Assembly (NCBI GenBank): GCA_963737265.1
Contig: CAVTRY010000013.1
Span: forward strand, 256,001 to 320,000
Direction: 5' to 3'
Length of the DNA: 64,000 nt
Origin: an uncultured delta proteobacterium
Lineage (GTDB): Bacteria > Myxococcota_A > Polyangia > Fen-1088
Part shown: positions 51,001 through 59,271 of the stretch, one piece after another
How positions within the stretch are numbered: position 1 is the stretch's first letter
How the letters are laid out: the number at the start of each line of letters is the position of its first letter
The notes under the pieces: generated by a model
Databases searched by the model: none
Told to the model about the DNA's origin: nothing
The model's input: only the letters and a program-made list of their open reading frames with translations
Position numbers and translations under genes: made by a program

Positions 51001-54000
51001 TAGGCCGGGAAGTACGCGGGGTGCGCCCGGCTGCCCTCTCCGTCCACGCCGCCATTGCCAATCGGAGTGCCCTGCTTGTACTGGAAGGTGTAGTAGCTCC
51101 CCTGGTAAAGCCCGGTGCCACCGGCCAACGTGCAGGCCGGCAAAATACTCGACGATGAACAAGAGCTCCAGGACGCGTTCACGTGATCCTGCGGGCCTTT
51201 GCTGCTGCCGCGCGAAATTACCCAGCGACTATCGTTGCTGCCGACCAGGCTGTAGGTGACCTGGTTGGGAGTGGCGGTCGGGTTGATGGCGCCATTGCCA
51301 CCATAGTCCACCATGCAGCTGGAAGACGGACCGGCTGAGAGGGAGAAGCAGCCGGCCTTCTCCAACTCGCCGCGGGCCAAGAATTGCGTTTCCGTGATGT
51401 TGTTCGAGCTTGGACAGGGCAGTTGCAGCTTGACGTAAGGATAGTAGGCATTGGTGTCCACGGTGGTCGAGGTCGAGGTCGAAGTCGAAGTGATCCCCTT
51501 GCCCTGATAGGAATTCATGAATCCGAAGTTCACCTTGTCGGAATATTCGGTGATTGCCCTGCGCAGGGCACGCTTGACCGTCATCATGCGGGACGATGCG
51601 GGGACGCACAGGTCGGTGGTGGCGCTTCCTGGGCAGTCCGCCGTGGACGCGCACCAGAGCCCCGAATCGGCACACATCTGCGCCGGCTGGCCCTCGATGC
51701 AGAAGTCGCCGGACAGGCTATTGGCGCAGGATGGATCCCCGGCCGACGCGCAGGTCGCGCCGACGGTCGTCACGCCGTGCTTGCAATTGCCCCACGGCGT
51801 TCCCGAGTACGTCATGCAGGACTCGTTGCGCAGGCGGCCCGAACCATCCAAGGAGGAAATGTCGAGGCAGAAGTCGCCCTTGATTGCATTGCTGATCGAC
51901 GTGCAAATGCCGTCCGACGTGCACGGGACACCGGTCGAATAGTTGCAATAGCCTTTGGTCGTGGGCGTGCTTGGAGTGCAAGCGTTGGGATCCGTACTGC
52001 CTTGGAAGCCGCAGATCGAAACGGTTTCCGTGCCAGTGGCCGAGACCGTGGCGGTCGTGGTGTAGGTTGTGGAAATGTTGGTGGTCGTCGTGGTCGTGGT
52101 TGTGGTGGCCGCGGTGCCTGTCCCGGTTCCCGTCACCGACCCGGTCACGTTGCCGGTTCCCGTCACCGTCACGCCTCCCGTCACGGTTCCGCTCGCGGTC
52201 AGAAGCGCCGTCGCCGACACGGTGCTAGTTCCGGTCGTGCTGAAGCTCACGGTGACGGTTCCGGTCCCCGTGACCGTCGGCGTCCCCGTTACCGTCCCAT
52301 TCTCCGTTACGGTGGCCGTGCCGGTCACCGTTCCACATGCGGTTCCTGTCTTCTGGTATGTGGAGGTGAGTGTCGTCGTTGCGGTTGTGGTGCTGGTGGT
52401 TGTCGCGCTGGAGCTACCGTAGGTGCCTGTCGAGGAGCCGGTTCCGGTCCATGTGGACGTACTGGTGTAAGCAAGTGAAGCCGTGCTCGTCCAAGTCGAC
52501 GTTCCGGTCAGCGTGGTTCGACTGGTACTGGTGCCGGCTGATGTGTAGGTCCACGAGAGGTTATTGATTGGCTGGGTCGCGCTCATGGTAGTACTGACTG
52601 TCTGGGTGGTTGTGCCGCTCTGTGTGCGCGTGCTTCCCGTGTCGGTACTCGTCGTTACACTTGCTGTCTGCCCGGTGGCCGAAACGGTTCCCGGTCCAAA
52701 GGTGGCGGCCCAAGTTACGCTGGTCGCGCTGTCTGTCGATTGCGCAACGTGGGTGCCGGTGGCGTGAAATGTCCAGGTGAAAGCGGAGCTGCTTGTGCTC
52801 GGGTAGGCGACAGTCGTGGTGAAGGTCGATGTTCCGCCCGGGGTGCTGGTCAGGTAAGCAGTGTTGTTGGCCGTGCCACCGCCGGTGACAGACGCCGTCG
52901 CCGAACCCGTGACGGTCTTCGATGAAGATGCCGTCACGGTGCCGATGGTCGTGGCCGTGCTGGTGCTCGTGGTACTGCCGGTGGCGGAATACGTCTGGGT
53001 CACCGTCTTCGTTCCGAGCGCGGTCGTCGAGGCCGTTGCGACCACCGTGCCGGCCGCGGTGCCGGTCTTCGAGACCGCCACGGTGCCGGTCGATGTTCCC
53101 GTGCTGGTTGTCGTACCGCCGCCGGAAAGCGTGACCGTCAAGGTCGAGGTCACGGTTCCCGTCGCGGTCGCCGAGCCGGTTGCTGTGACTGTTCCACTCT
53201 TGGTCACGGATCCAGTTACCGTCACGGTCGCGCTTTCCGTGGTCGTGCCGGTCGCGGAAATGCTGGCGGTTTCCGTGACCGTCGCCGTGCCTGTCACGGT
53301 CCCGGTCAGGGTGGCCGTCCCGGCCACGGTGACGGTTCCATTCAAGGTGACGGTTCCCGTCGACGTCGTAGTTTGCGACTGGGCTGAAGTGCCCGTGCCG
53401 CTCATGGTCTGCGACGCTCCCGCTGCCGTCGAGGTTAGCGTCCTCGTGCCCGTTGCGGTGACCGATCTCGATCCCGTGACCGTCCAGTTGCCGTTGGCGG
53501 AGCCGGTGGCGGTGGACGTGCCGCTCGCTGTCGCCGTTGCACTGGCCGTCGCCGTGTTCGACGCCGAGGCAGTCGCCGTACCGGTTTGGCTGCCCGATGT
53601 CGTCATGGTCGTGGTGACAGTCGTCTGGGTGGTGGTCGCGCTCGTCGAGCTGGTGCTCGTGGTTACTGTGCTTGCGTAGGTGTAGGTCGACGTTGCCGTG
53701 CAGGTCGACGGGGCGCTGCCGAAGTACATTCCGTTCTGTCCCATGCCCGAAAAGTCCCAGCGGCCGTTTTGGCCGACCAGACGGCAATAGCGGCTGCCCT
53801 CCTCGCAATCCGCGCCGACTTCGTTGTAGCGGGCGGCGTTTTCGCCGGACAAACCCTGCATCGACTCCATCGTTTCCAGCACGACCAGCACGTTCGGCCT
53901 GCGCGCGTCGATGAGATTCTTGACCACCTGAAGCGGATACACATCCGCGTGCAGCGCGGCCGGCGATGACCAAGTCACAGCCAGCAGCGCGAGCGCCAAG

Positions 54001-54050
54001 CACGAACGTCGGAACGCGCAAGAGCAAGCGGAAGAAGGAGTAGACCTCAT
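48072..54050 (-). CDS. pilY1: PilY1-like adhesin 2 (~1990 aa), paralog with a ~565-aa Thr/Ser-only insert
   Basis: Collinear with adhesin 1 outside the insert (DVYPLQ, RYNEVGADCEEGSR, SRMMTVKRALRRAITEY, propeller motifs). Confidence 0.82.
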   Translation of the reverse strand: MRSTPSSACSCAFRRSCLALALLAVTWSSPAALHADVYPLQVVKNLIDARRPNVLVVLETMESMQGLSGENAARYNEVGADCEEGSRYCRLVGQNGRWDFSGMGQNGMYFGSAPSTCTATSTYTYASTVTTSTSSTSATTTQTTVTTTMTTSGSQTGTATASASNTATASATATASGTSTATGSANGNWTVTGSRSVTATGTRTLTSTAAGASQTMSGTGTSAQSQTTTSTGTVTLNGTVTVAGTATLTGTVTGTATVTETASISATGTTTESATVTVTGSVTKSGTVTATGSATATGTVTSTLTVTLSGGGTTTSTGTSTGTVAVSKTGTAAGTVVATASTTALGTKTVTQTYSATGSTTSTSTATTIGTVTASSSKTVTGSATASVTGGGTANNTAYLTSTPGGTSTFTTTVAYPSTSSSAFTWTFHATGTHVAQSTDSATSVTWAATFGPGTVSATGQTASVTTSTDTGSTRTQSGTTTQTVSTTMSATQPINNLSWTYTSAGTSTSRTTLTGTSTWTSTASLAYTSTSTWTGTGSSTGTYGSSSATTTSTTTATTTLTSTYQKTGTACGTVTGTATVTENGTVTGTPTVTGTGTVTVSFSTTGTSTVSATALLTASGTVTGGVTVTGTGNVTGSVTGTGTGTAATTTTTTTTTNISTTYTTTATVSATGTETVSICGFQGSTDPNACTPSTPTTKGYCNYSTGVPCTSDGICTSISNAIKGDFCLDISSLDGSGRLRNESCMTYSGTPWGNCKHGVTTVGATCASAGDPSCANSLSGDFCIEGQPAQMCADSGLWCASTADCPGSATTDLCVPASSRMMTVKRALRRAITEYSDKVNFGFMNSYQGKGITSTSTSTSTTVDTNAYYPYVKLQLPCPSSNNITETQFLARGELEKAGCFSLSAGPSSSCMVDYGGNGAINPTATPNQVTYSLVGSNDSRWVISRGSSKGPQDHVNASWSSCSSSSILPACTLAGGTGLYQGSYYTFQYKQGTPIGNGGVDGEGSRAHPAYFPAYMGKYYDAGGGNCYNAIDAERTDIVNDGIYGRPAYTGTPYNATNEVGVPWGGSTNASACDATTGAAWNPNTVPFLNSTVAQTGTATSTATATFSFNGKTITRAQKTLMTTARLEKASFGGVDATGRLSPIGCELKNDALPDQYHSAADYLAQAQSNDAANNGGNTPCWSNNIILVVDGQSNGPGDTGAAVDCASSACAYDADSNPTLTGCSCSAITKAYNLAHSGTPVQTHVVVNAPATWSTRCPYSYAMLWNIAVAGSPNFDGTPVFGTSEEEVYQGVVSKIAASQSPFPFTTTSATAGPGTQSATGVITSSAMLYDTSVNYPSWAGSVRAYDTSAGFADLKWDAVTIPSSAAQFYGRDWKSRRVFFSSSPNGTVAQIQIASDGSVLNKSALHTAGLGATDAEAEKIAQWLLGDPASSNPTPLMGSVTTSTPIVVGQPAANGLNGSTAYSQNNANRPALLYVGGDDGMLHAFFAQAATLPLKYNGAGLTFMGGEEAFAFIPQDMLPVITRQYAQGGQKIGADKADHIFGLAASPKVKDLCMGPTCATSDGSDWHTILVMPEGIGGNKPFALDITNVIDQNNLLSQPPSLLWQPGVHMPGGGNDSTTWDQSLGQTESIPAFYFNGYNSTSGADNRILLASGYPTQPRTGNYLTQGLHILNADALTGAVKDNQTVGAAGNCTQTQAVLADIAVARNYSSAQAAQGIVAGYVGDTWGNLYQYVPMQPLFNPPLFQFGCGQPIHFAPTVVQLERANLQSPSKGLIYVVQVTNSNLDSATQPVTAAYPPSELVVTRLSSTTNPPTIDASFSTTGQIVLTLNPAATTNAICLNATVKDKSTACPGGAVVPSTARPMGTPTAVLRSDGLGFQVIATWYDAAAIGNNCSSGNQFSVGTSYITVHEFDYSGAWYQIAGMTVASSVVTGVAFDGTGLFVDGILNGSSGVTGQTISGQTFSSAQQLTSNSSIERFRRTNWTERLDL

Positions 54051-54076
54051 ACGAACGGTTCTCTGGTTCCGCAAGT

Positions 54077-54092
54077 AGCAAGCCTGCGGCCA
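54077..54092 (-). promoter_or_regulatory. sigma54 (-24/-12) promoter upstream of pilY1-2
   Basis: Minus strand TGGCCGCAGGCTTGCT (GG-N10-GC). Confidence 0.7.
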
Positions 54093-54255
54093 GATCGACC
54101 GTTCGCGAGAATATCAATGAATTCAGGTGGTATGGAACTGTTTGGGGTAGGGTGGTGTCTCGCCTTGTGCCCCCTTGGCCTACCTCCGTCCCCGCACCCG
54201 TTGCGGACTCCGCAATTTTTGCGTCTGCCCGAGCCCGAGCGCCCCCTTCGCCGCG

Positions 54256-54954
54256 CTAGGGCTGCTGTGTGAAATCGAGGAGTGACGTGATCTTCAGGAG
54301 TCCGCTGTCGTACTTGATCGGCAGGTCCACCATTCCCTTGACCTCGAAGGGCGGGGCCGTGAGGTCGATGGTTCGGTGCTCGCCGGCCTTGATGTCCCGG
54401 TTCTCGGGGCCGCGGTCATTGGTGAGGATGGCCCACTTGTATTTGCCCTTGCGCAGGTTGTTCGCGATGAACTTGCGGACGAGGGCGTTGGGAAGGTGCT
54501 GAAGGACATCCTTGCACAGGAGCAAATCCGCGCTGGGGAGATCCTCGGTAACGTCGCCGACCTCGAACTTGATATTGCCCTTCTCGTACTTTTGCCGAAC
54601 CTCCTTGATCACGTCCGACGAGATGTCGATGCCGAGGTAGCTCGCGCCGTTCCAGTCCATGACGCTCGAAAAGCTCCAATCACCGCAACCGGCGTCGACC
54701 ACCGACTTGACGCCATGGCTCTTGATGAAGCTCTCGACGTAAGCGCGATAGTCACGGGTAATCTCCACCGTCGATCCTGGCCCGCTCGTGCCCTTGCCCG
54801 AGCGATCCCTGTCCCACTTGCCGCTGGCGTAGATGCCGTTGAAGGTGGCCATCAACCGCTGCCTGGCGATGGCGCTGGCGACGAAATAGGTGAGCGCCAG
54901 GGCGGCGGCGATACTCGCGGCGATGATGACGGGTTTCTTCATTGCTGCGTTCAT
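54256..54954 (-). CDS. Class I SAM-dependent methyltransferase with N-terminal membrane anchor
   Basis: SGPGS, VVDAGCGDW, YLGIDIS, DLLLCKDVLQHL. Confidence 0.85.
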   Translation of the reverse strand: MNAAMKKPVIIAASIAAALALTYFVASAIARQRLMATFNGIYASGKWDRDRSGKGTSGPGSTVEITRDYRAYVESFIKSHGVKSVVDAGCGDWSFSSVMDWNGASYLGIDISSDVIKEVRQKYEKGNIKFEVGDVTEDLPSADLLLCKDVLQHLPNALVRKFIANNLRKGKYKWAILTNDRGPENRDIKAGEHRTIDLTAPPFEVKGMVDLPIKYDSGLLKITSLLDFTQQP

Positions 54955-54960
54955 CTCTTT

Positions 54961-56550
54961 CTATTGGTGTCGTTCGGCCTCCCGGTAGGCGCGCAAAGTC
55001 GAGGCCGATTCCTCACAATTCATCTTGGCCTCGGTCATGAGATAGTACCTCGTCACCTCGTCGTAAGAGTAGGAATAGGCAAGGTGTTCCATGATCGTCT
55101 GCTTTGCCGTCTTGGCGGGAATCTGGTGACGTTCTTTCTCTAGGACGTCCGTCATGTCGCGCATGAACCAATGATTGGCGGCCTTGTCGTAGGCGTGAAA
55201 ATAGGCGGGCAGATAGTGGACGGTATGACCCATGGCCGCGAGCGCCAGAACGGGTGCCACCCAGGCGCGGTAGCTCCACGCGAGCGCCAATACGGCGCCG
55301 GTGAACAGGGCGACGAAGGGCCATGCGCCAATCGCCCTCATCGCGTGCGGAATGGCTTCGTAGGTGAGCGCGGCGGGAACCAACCCGAGGAATACACCCA
55401 GCAGGGCGGCCATCGCAATCGCTGTCAACCAGCGCGTCGCGGATGAAAGGATGAGGCCCGGCGAGCCAGGCAGCGGTGGGCGGCCGCGCACGAAACGGAC
55501 GATCAACAGAATCGCCATCCAAGCTACCAGCGCGACGGCAAGGATATCGACGGGAGACAACTGGCCGGAGAGCTGCGGAGAAAGTCGCAGGCTGGCGTCG
55601 CCGCTTATGAACAGGAACGAGGGGCGCAGATGGAGCGCGAGGTTGTCGAAAAAGGCTTTGACGAGGAAGAGCCACCGGTCCATTTCCCCTGCGTTGTCGT
55701 GTACCCATCGATCGTTCCAGATCGCTACGTTGTTCATCCGAGCATTGATCTTGCCGTCGGTGAGCATGCGCAGCGTCGGGGCGAAGCCGGCCGCCGCAAC
55801 GAGGCCCGCCACGAACAAGCTTCTGATGAAGGTCCAGCGCGCGTTCCATTCTCGGGTAACCGCGAGGAGCAAGGCCCCGGCGGCAACGAGAACGAACGGT
55901 ACGACGGCGCGCAGTGGCGGATAGCTGGTCATGGATGCGGCGGCGCAAAGACCCGTGACTATCGACCAGGGAATGGCTCGCCTGCCGTCTTGATGGCAGC
56001 GCAGCATTCCCAGCAGTGCCAAGATCATGTATGCCGGAGCCAGCGGCGCCTCCCATCCGACGCGCGAAAACTGAAAACCCCACGGCGAAAGCAGGGCGGC
56101 CAACAGCACCATCCAGGGGAACACGCGGATCGCTTCACGCCTCGCACCCTCGCCGGGCTCGGAGGGGATGAGGGCGGAGAGATCCCGTGCGATGAAGAAC
56201 AACCCGAACGCCGTCACGAGGATCCAGAAAGCCGATACGGCGCGAAAGGCTGCCCGCGAAGTTCCAAAGACCTTCATCCAGACGATGTCGAACCCTATGA
56301 GGGTAAGCGGATGGTGCCCACCACCCGCAGCGCTCGAATAGAGTGGCCAAGCGTTTCCGTCAGCGTCCTTCCCGTTTTCGGCCAGGCACATGGCGTGAAC
56401 GGCGGGAGCCGCTTCGTCCATGAAAAACCCCGGGGGGCTAACTCCGAGCCCGCAAAAGCGAATCACCAGCCAGGTCGCCCCGACGGCAAAGAGGCTCGCC
56501 GTCGCGGCCTTACGCCATGTCGGTGTGCCGAACCAAGAGAAAAGCTTCAT
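54961..56550 (-). CDS. GT-C fold (ArnT/PMT-like) membrane glycosyltransferase
   Basis: PPGFFMDEA catalytic DE motif, FG.S..AFR..SA, LSPWGFQFSRVGWE, many TMs. Confidence 0.8.
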   Translation of the reverse strand: MKLFSWFGTPTWRKAATASLFAVGATWLVIRFCGLGVSPPGFFMDEAAPAVHAMCLAENGKDADGNAWPLYSSAAGGGHHPLTLIGFDIVWMKVFGTSRAAFRAVSAFWILVTAFGLFFIARDLSALIPSEPGEGARREAIRVFPWMVLLAALLSPWGFQFSRVGWEAPLAPAYMILALLGMLRCHQDGRRAIPWSIVTGLCAAASMTSYPPLRAVVPFVLVAAGALLLAVTREWNARWTFIRSLFVAGLVAAAGFAPTLRMLTDGKINARMNNVAIWNDRWVHDNAGEMDRWLFLVKAFFDNLALHLRPSFLFISGDASLRLSPQLSGQLSPVDILAVALVAWMAILLIVRFVRGRPPLPGSPGLILSSATRWLTAIAMAALLGVFLGLVPAALTYEAIPHAMRAIGAWPFVALFTGAVLALAWSYRAWVAPVLALAAMGHTVHYLPAYFHAYDKAANHWFMRDMTDVLEKERHQIPAKTAKQTIMEHLAYSYSYDEVTRYYLMTEAKMNCEESASTLRAYREAERHQ

Positions 56551-56745
56551 CACTGCCGAAAGCCGATGGTACTCAAGTCCAGCCGCGTGGCAAGCAGGCA
56601 AGCTTTGCCACCGGCGCTCCTTCGCGGGAAGGTAGCTTCCATTTCATCGTCTTGAGGCGCTTCTCGCTTGAGCCCCTTCCCACGAAACACGGTGGGGCTG
56701 CTTGGCCAACCGCCGCCGGACTGGTTGGGCGGGGACCACGATCGA

Positions 56746-57363
56746 CTACGGCCCAGCGCCGGAAATACTTAGCGGCTGCTTCTCGGCGGCGCTTTTGGAT
56801 TTGGCGACACCGTCGAAGGTGTAATCGACGCGCAACTCTTTAGCCTGGCCCGGCGCCGGATCGCCGAAGAGCGCATTCGTCGGCGTTACGTCCAACGTAT
56901 TGTCCTTGACCATGTCGGCCACCATGTTCGTCACGTCGGCGGTTTTTCCGCTGGTGAAGTTGCCATAGGCGGCCTTGCCCACGACCAGGCGGACGGGAAC
57001 GGGTTTCTCGTCCGCGCCGATAGACAAGGTTTCGCCCTCCAAGACGCGCTTCTTTGCCAGCACACCGCCCTTGCTCCAGTCGACCCTCAATTGCTTGAAT
57101 TTGACCTTTGCCGGATCGCCGAGTATCTGGGCAACCGCGTTTACGCGCAGGGCATTTTCCTTGACCATGCCGGCGACGGTCTTTGTGACATCCGCTGTCT
57201 CGGCGTCCGTCAGATCGCCCCACACTGCCTTGACGACGATCAGCTTGGTCGCATCGGCGGGCGTGGGAGCCGTGTCCTTCCTGCCTTTGCAGGCTGGCGT
57301 CACCGCCGCAGTGAGGGCCAGAAAAATCGCCGTCGTCCCGAGAGTTTGATGCGCAAGTCTCAT
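56746..57363 (-). CDS. Lipoprotein with two repeated DUF3395/lectin-like beta domains
   Basis: Lipobox-like TPAC; twice KA.(W/Y)G..TADVT...GDPA...K.LRVD. Confidence 0.7.
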   Translation of the reverse strand: MRLAHQTLGTTAIFLALTAAVTPACKGRKDTAPTPADATKLIVVKAVWGDLTDAETADVTKTVAGMVKENALRVNAVAQILGDPAKVKFKQLRVDWSKGGVLAKKRVLEGETLSIGADEKPVPVRLVVGKAAYGNFTSGKTADVTNMVADMVKDNTLDVTPTNALFGDPAPGQAKELRVDYTFDGVAKSKSAAEKQPLSISGAGP

Positions 57364-57489
57364 GGATCTCCTGCCTGACATTTGCCTGATTTCGCCAGTC
57401 TCGCCCCTAGAGTATCACCAGACCGTGGATGCCGCCCTGGTTTCGCGGTTTTCGCGGTCCCATTGGTGTCCGTGATAAGATCCCCGGCC

Positions 57490-59223
57490 ATGTCCTCGGA
57501 ACCCTCGACCACCAACAAGACTATCTGGACGCCGCCGGCGATCGCTCTCCTTGTCCTGTCGGCGCTTTTGCTGGCTCTGCTCGGAATCAGCTTCGCGCGC
57601 AGCGAATACGCCGAACCGCTCTTCATTCACACCACCTATTACTTCTTGATGGTCTTGGTGTTGTGCTGGGCCGGCACCTACCTTCACCTCGCGCGCGATC
57701 TTCGCAAAGGCGCCATCCTGGACTGGGTCAAGGAGAACAAGGCGGGGATGGTCGTCGCCCTCGGCGTCACCGTGGTCTCGGCCTTGGCCATCCATCCCGC
57801 CCTGCGCGTGCTGTCCGACGAAGCGAACCTGCTCGGAACGTCGAAGAATTTCTTCTTCAGCAAGACCGCCACCTTCACCACGACAGGAAAGTACTACTAC
57901 GACAACTTCTGGGATGCTGGTGTGGTTATCGACCGCAGGCCGTCTCTCTTTCCCTTTCTGGTCAGCCTGGTCCACGTCCTGCGCGGCTACTCGTTTGGCA
58001 ACGTCTTTTTGCTCAACCTGATGCTTCTTCCGCCCTTCGTTCTCGTCGCGTACCGACTTGCCAAGTCGCTCGGAGGCGAGGTCGTTGGGACGGTCACCGC
58101 ATTGCTCGTCGTCGCCCACCCCATCACCTTGATTTCGATGCGCTCGGGCGGCTTCGACTTCCTCGCGGCGTTTTTCTCGCTGCTCGTCATCAAGAGCTTC
58201 CTTGACCATGTTCGCCAGCCTTCGGCCGGGACCCTGGCCGTGTTGTGGATGAACCTGTGCATGTTCGCCGAGATCCGCTACGAGACGGGCCTGTTCCTGC
58301 TGCCGGTGGTGTTTTTGTTGCTGGTTTTTCGTCTGGTGAAAGTCAGCTACCTGCGCCCGTACCGGCTCCTGTACGCGCTCACGCCCGCCTTTCTTCTTCC
58401 GCGCATCTGGCAAGCCATCCTGCGCGGCAACGTGCCGGAACAGGATCCCGGTGCCGTCACCTTCAGCGTCACGAACTTCCTCGAAAACACGCGCGACTAT
58501 TTCAAGCCAATCCTTCACCCCTTCGATTTCCATCCACCGCACTCGACCATCGTCATTGCGCTCGGGCTCGTGGGCGCAATCCTGTGGTTGCGCTGGCTCG
58601 ATCGCCGCCTGCTGTCGCGCGATCTGCACGCCCCCAACTTCAAATTCGCCACCCTGGTGGTTTGCTGGATGCTGCTCCAATTCGTGATCGTGTTCACCTA
58701 TGTCTGGGGCCGGGCCCAGCACCCAGCTGCGTCCCGCCTGGTGATCGCCATCGATACCTTTTTCTCGTTCCCGGCGGCCTGGATCCTGGCGATGCTTCTC
58801 AAGCGGTTCCGCCCGTTCGTGCCGATACTGGTGGCCGCTGGGATATTTGCCGTCTACCTTCCGGTCGCGTCCGAGTATCGAATCCTAAACGAGCTCACCC
58901 TGACTCGCGAAGCTTCCACCACTTGGCGCTTCTTCGAGAGCCTGCACGAGAACCGCATTCTCGTTGTGACCGATCGGCCTGGCCTCTACACCATCATGAA
59001 CTACGGTGCGGTGGACTTCGAAACGGCCAAGAACGATCCGACCTTGCTCGAGGCCCACGATCGCCACCTGTTCTTCGACACCTACCTGGTCCAGCAGATC
59101 GATCTCACCACGAAGAAGCCCATGCCCCAATTCGAGATATGGCCCGAGCGAGCACGGCAGCCGATGATCGAGTTCCAAAACGACGCCAACTCGACCGTGC
59201 GCATCTCACGTCTGGTGCGCTAG
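57490..59223 (+). CDS. GT-C fold membrane glycosyltransferase-like protein
   Basis: Many TM helices, LSDEANL DE motif, RPSLFPFLVS, IRYET. Confidence 0.72.
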   Translation: MSSEPSTTNKTIWTPPAIALLVLSALLLALLGISFARSEYAEPLFIHTTYYFLMVLVLCWAGTYLHLARDLRKGAILDWVKENKAGMVVALGVTVVSALAIHPALRVLSDEANLLGTSKNFFFSKTATFTTTGKYYYDNFWDAGVVIDRRPSLFPFLVSLVHVLRGYSFGNVFLLNLMLLPPFVLVAYRLAKSLGGEVVGTVTALLVVAHPITLISMRSGGFDFLAAFFSLLVIKSFLDHVRQPSAGTLAVLWMNLCMFAEIRYETGLFLLPVVFLLLVFRLVKVSYLRPYRLLYALTPAFLLPRIWQAILRGNVPEQDPGAVTFSVTNFLENTRDYFKPILHPFDFHPPHSTIVIALGLVGAILWLRWLDRRLLSRDLHAPNFKFATLVVCWMLLQFVIVFTYVWGRAQHPAASRLVIAIDTFFSFPAAWILAMLLKRFRPFVPILVAAGIFAVYLPVASEYRILNELTLTREASTTWRFFESLHENRILVVTDRPGLYTIMNYGAVDFETAKNDPTLLEAHDRHLFFDTYLVQQIDLTTKKPMPQFEIWPERARQPMIEFQNDANSTVRISRLVR

Positions 59224-59271
59224 TCAATCCCGATCACGTCCTCGCCGAGCACGAGGACTCAGGCTGGCCAA

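Noticed and set aside
45190-53679. Long Val/Pro-rich ORFs on the + strand (e.g. 52861-53679, 47128-47430)
   Set aside because: Antisense shadows of Thr codon runs in the pilY1 genes
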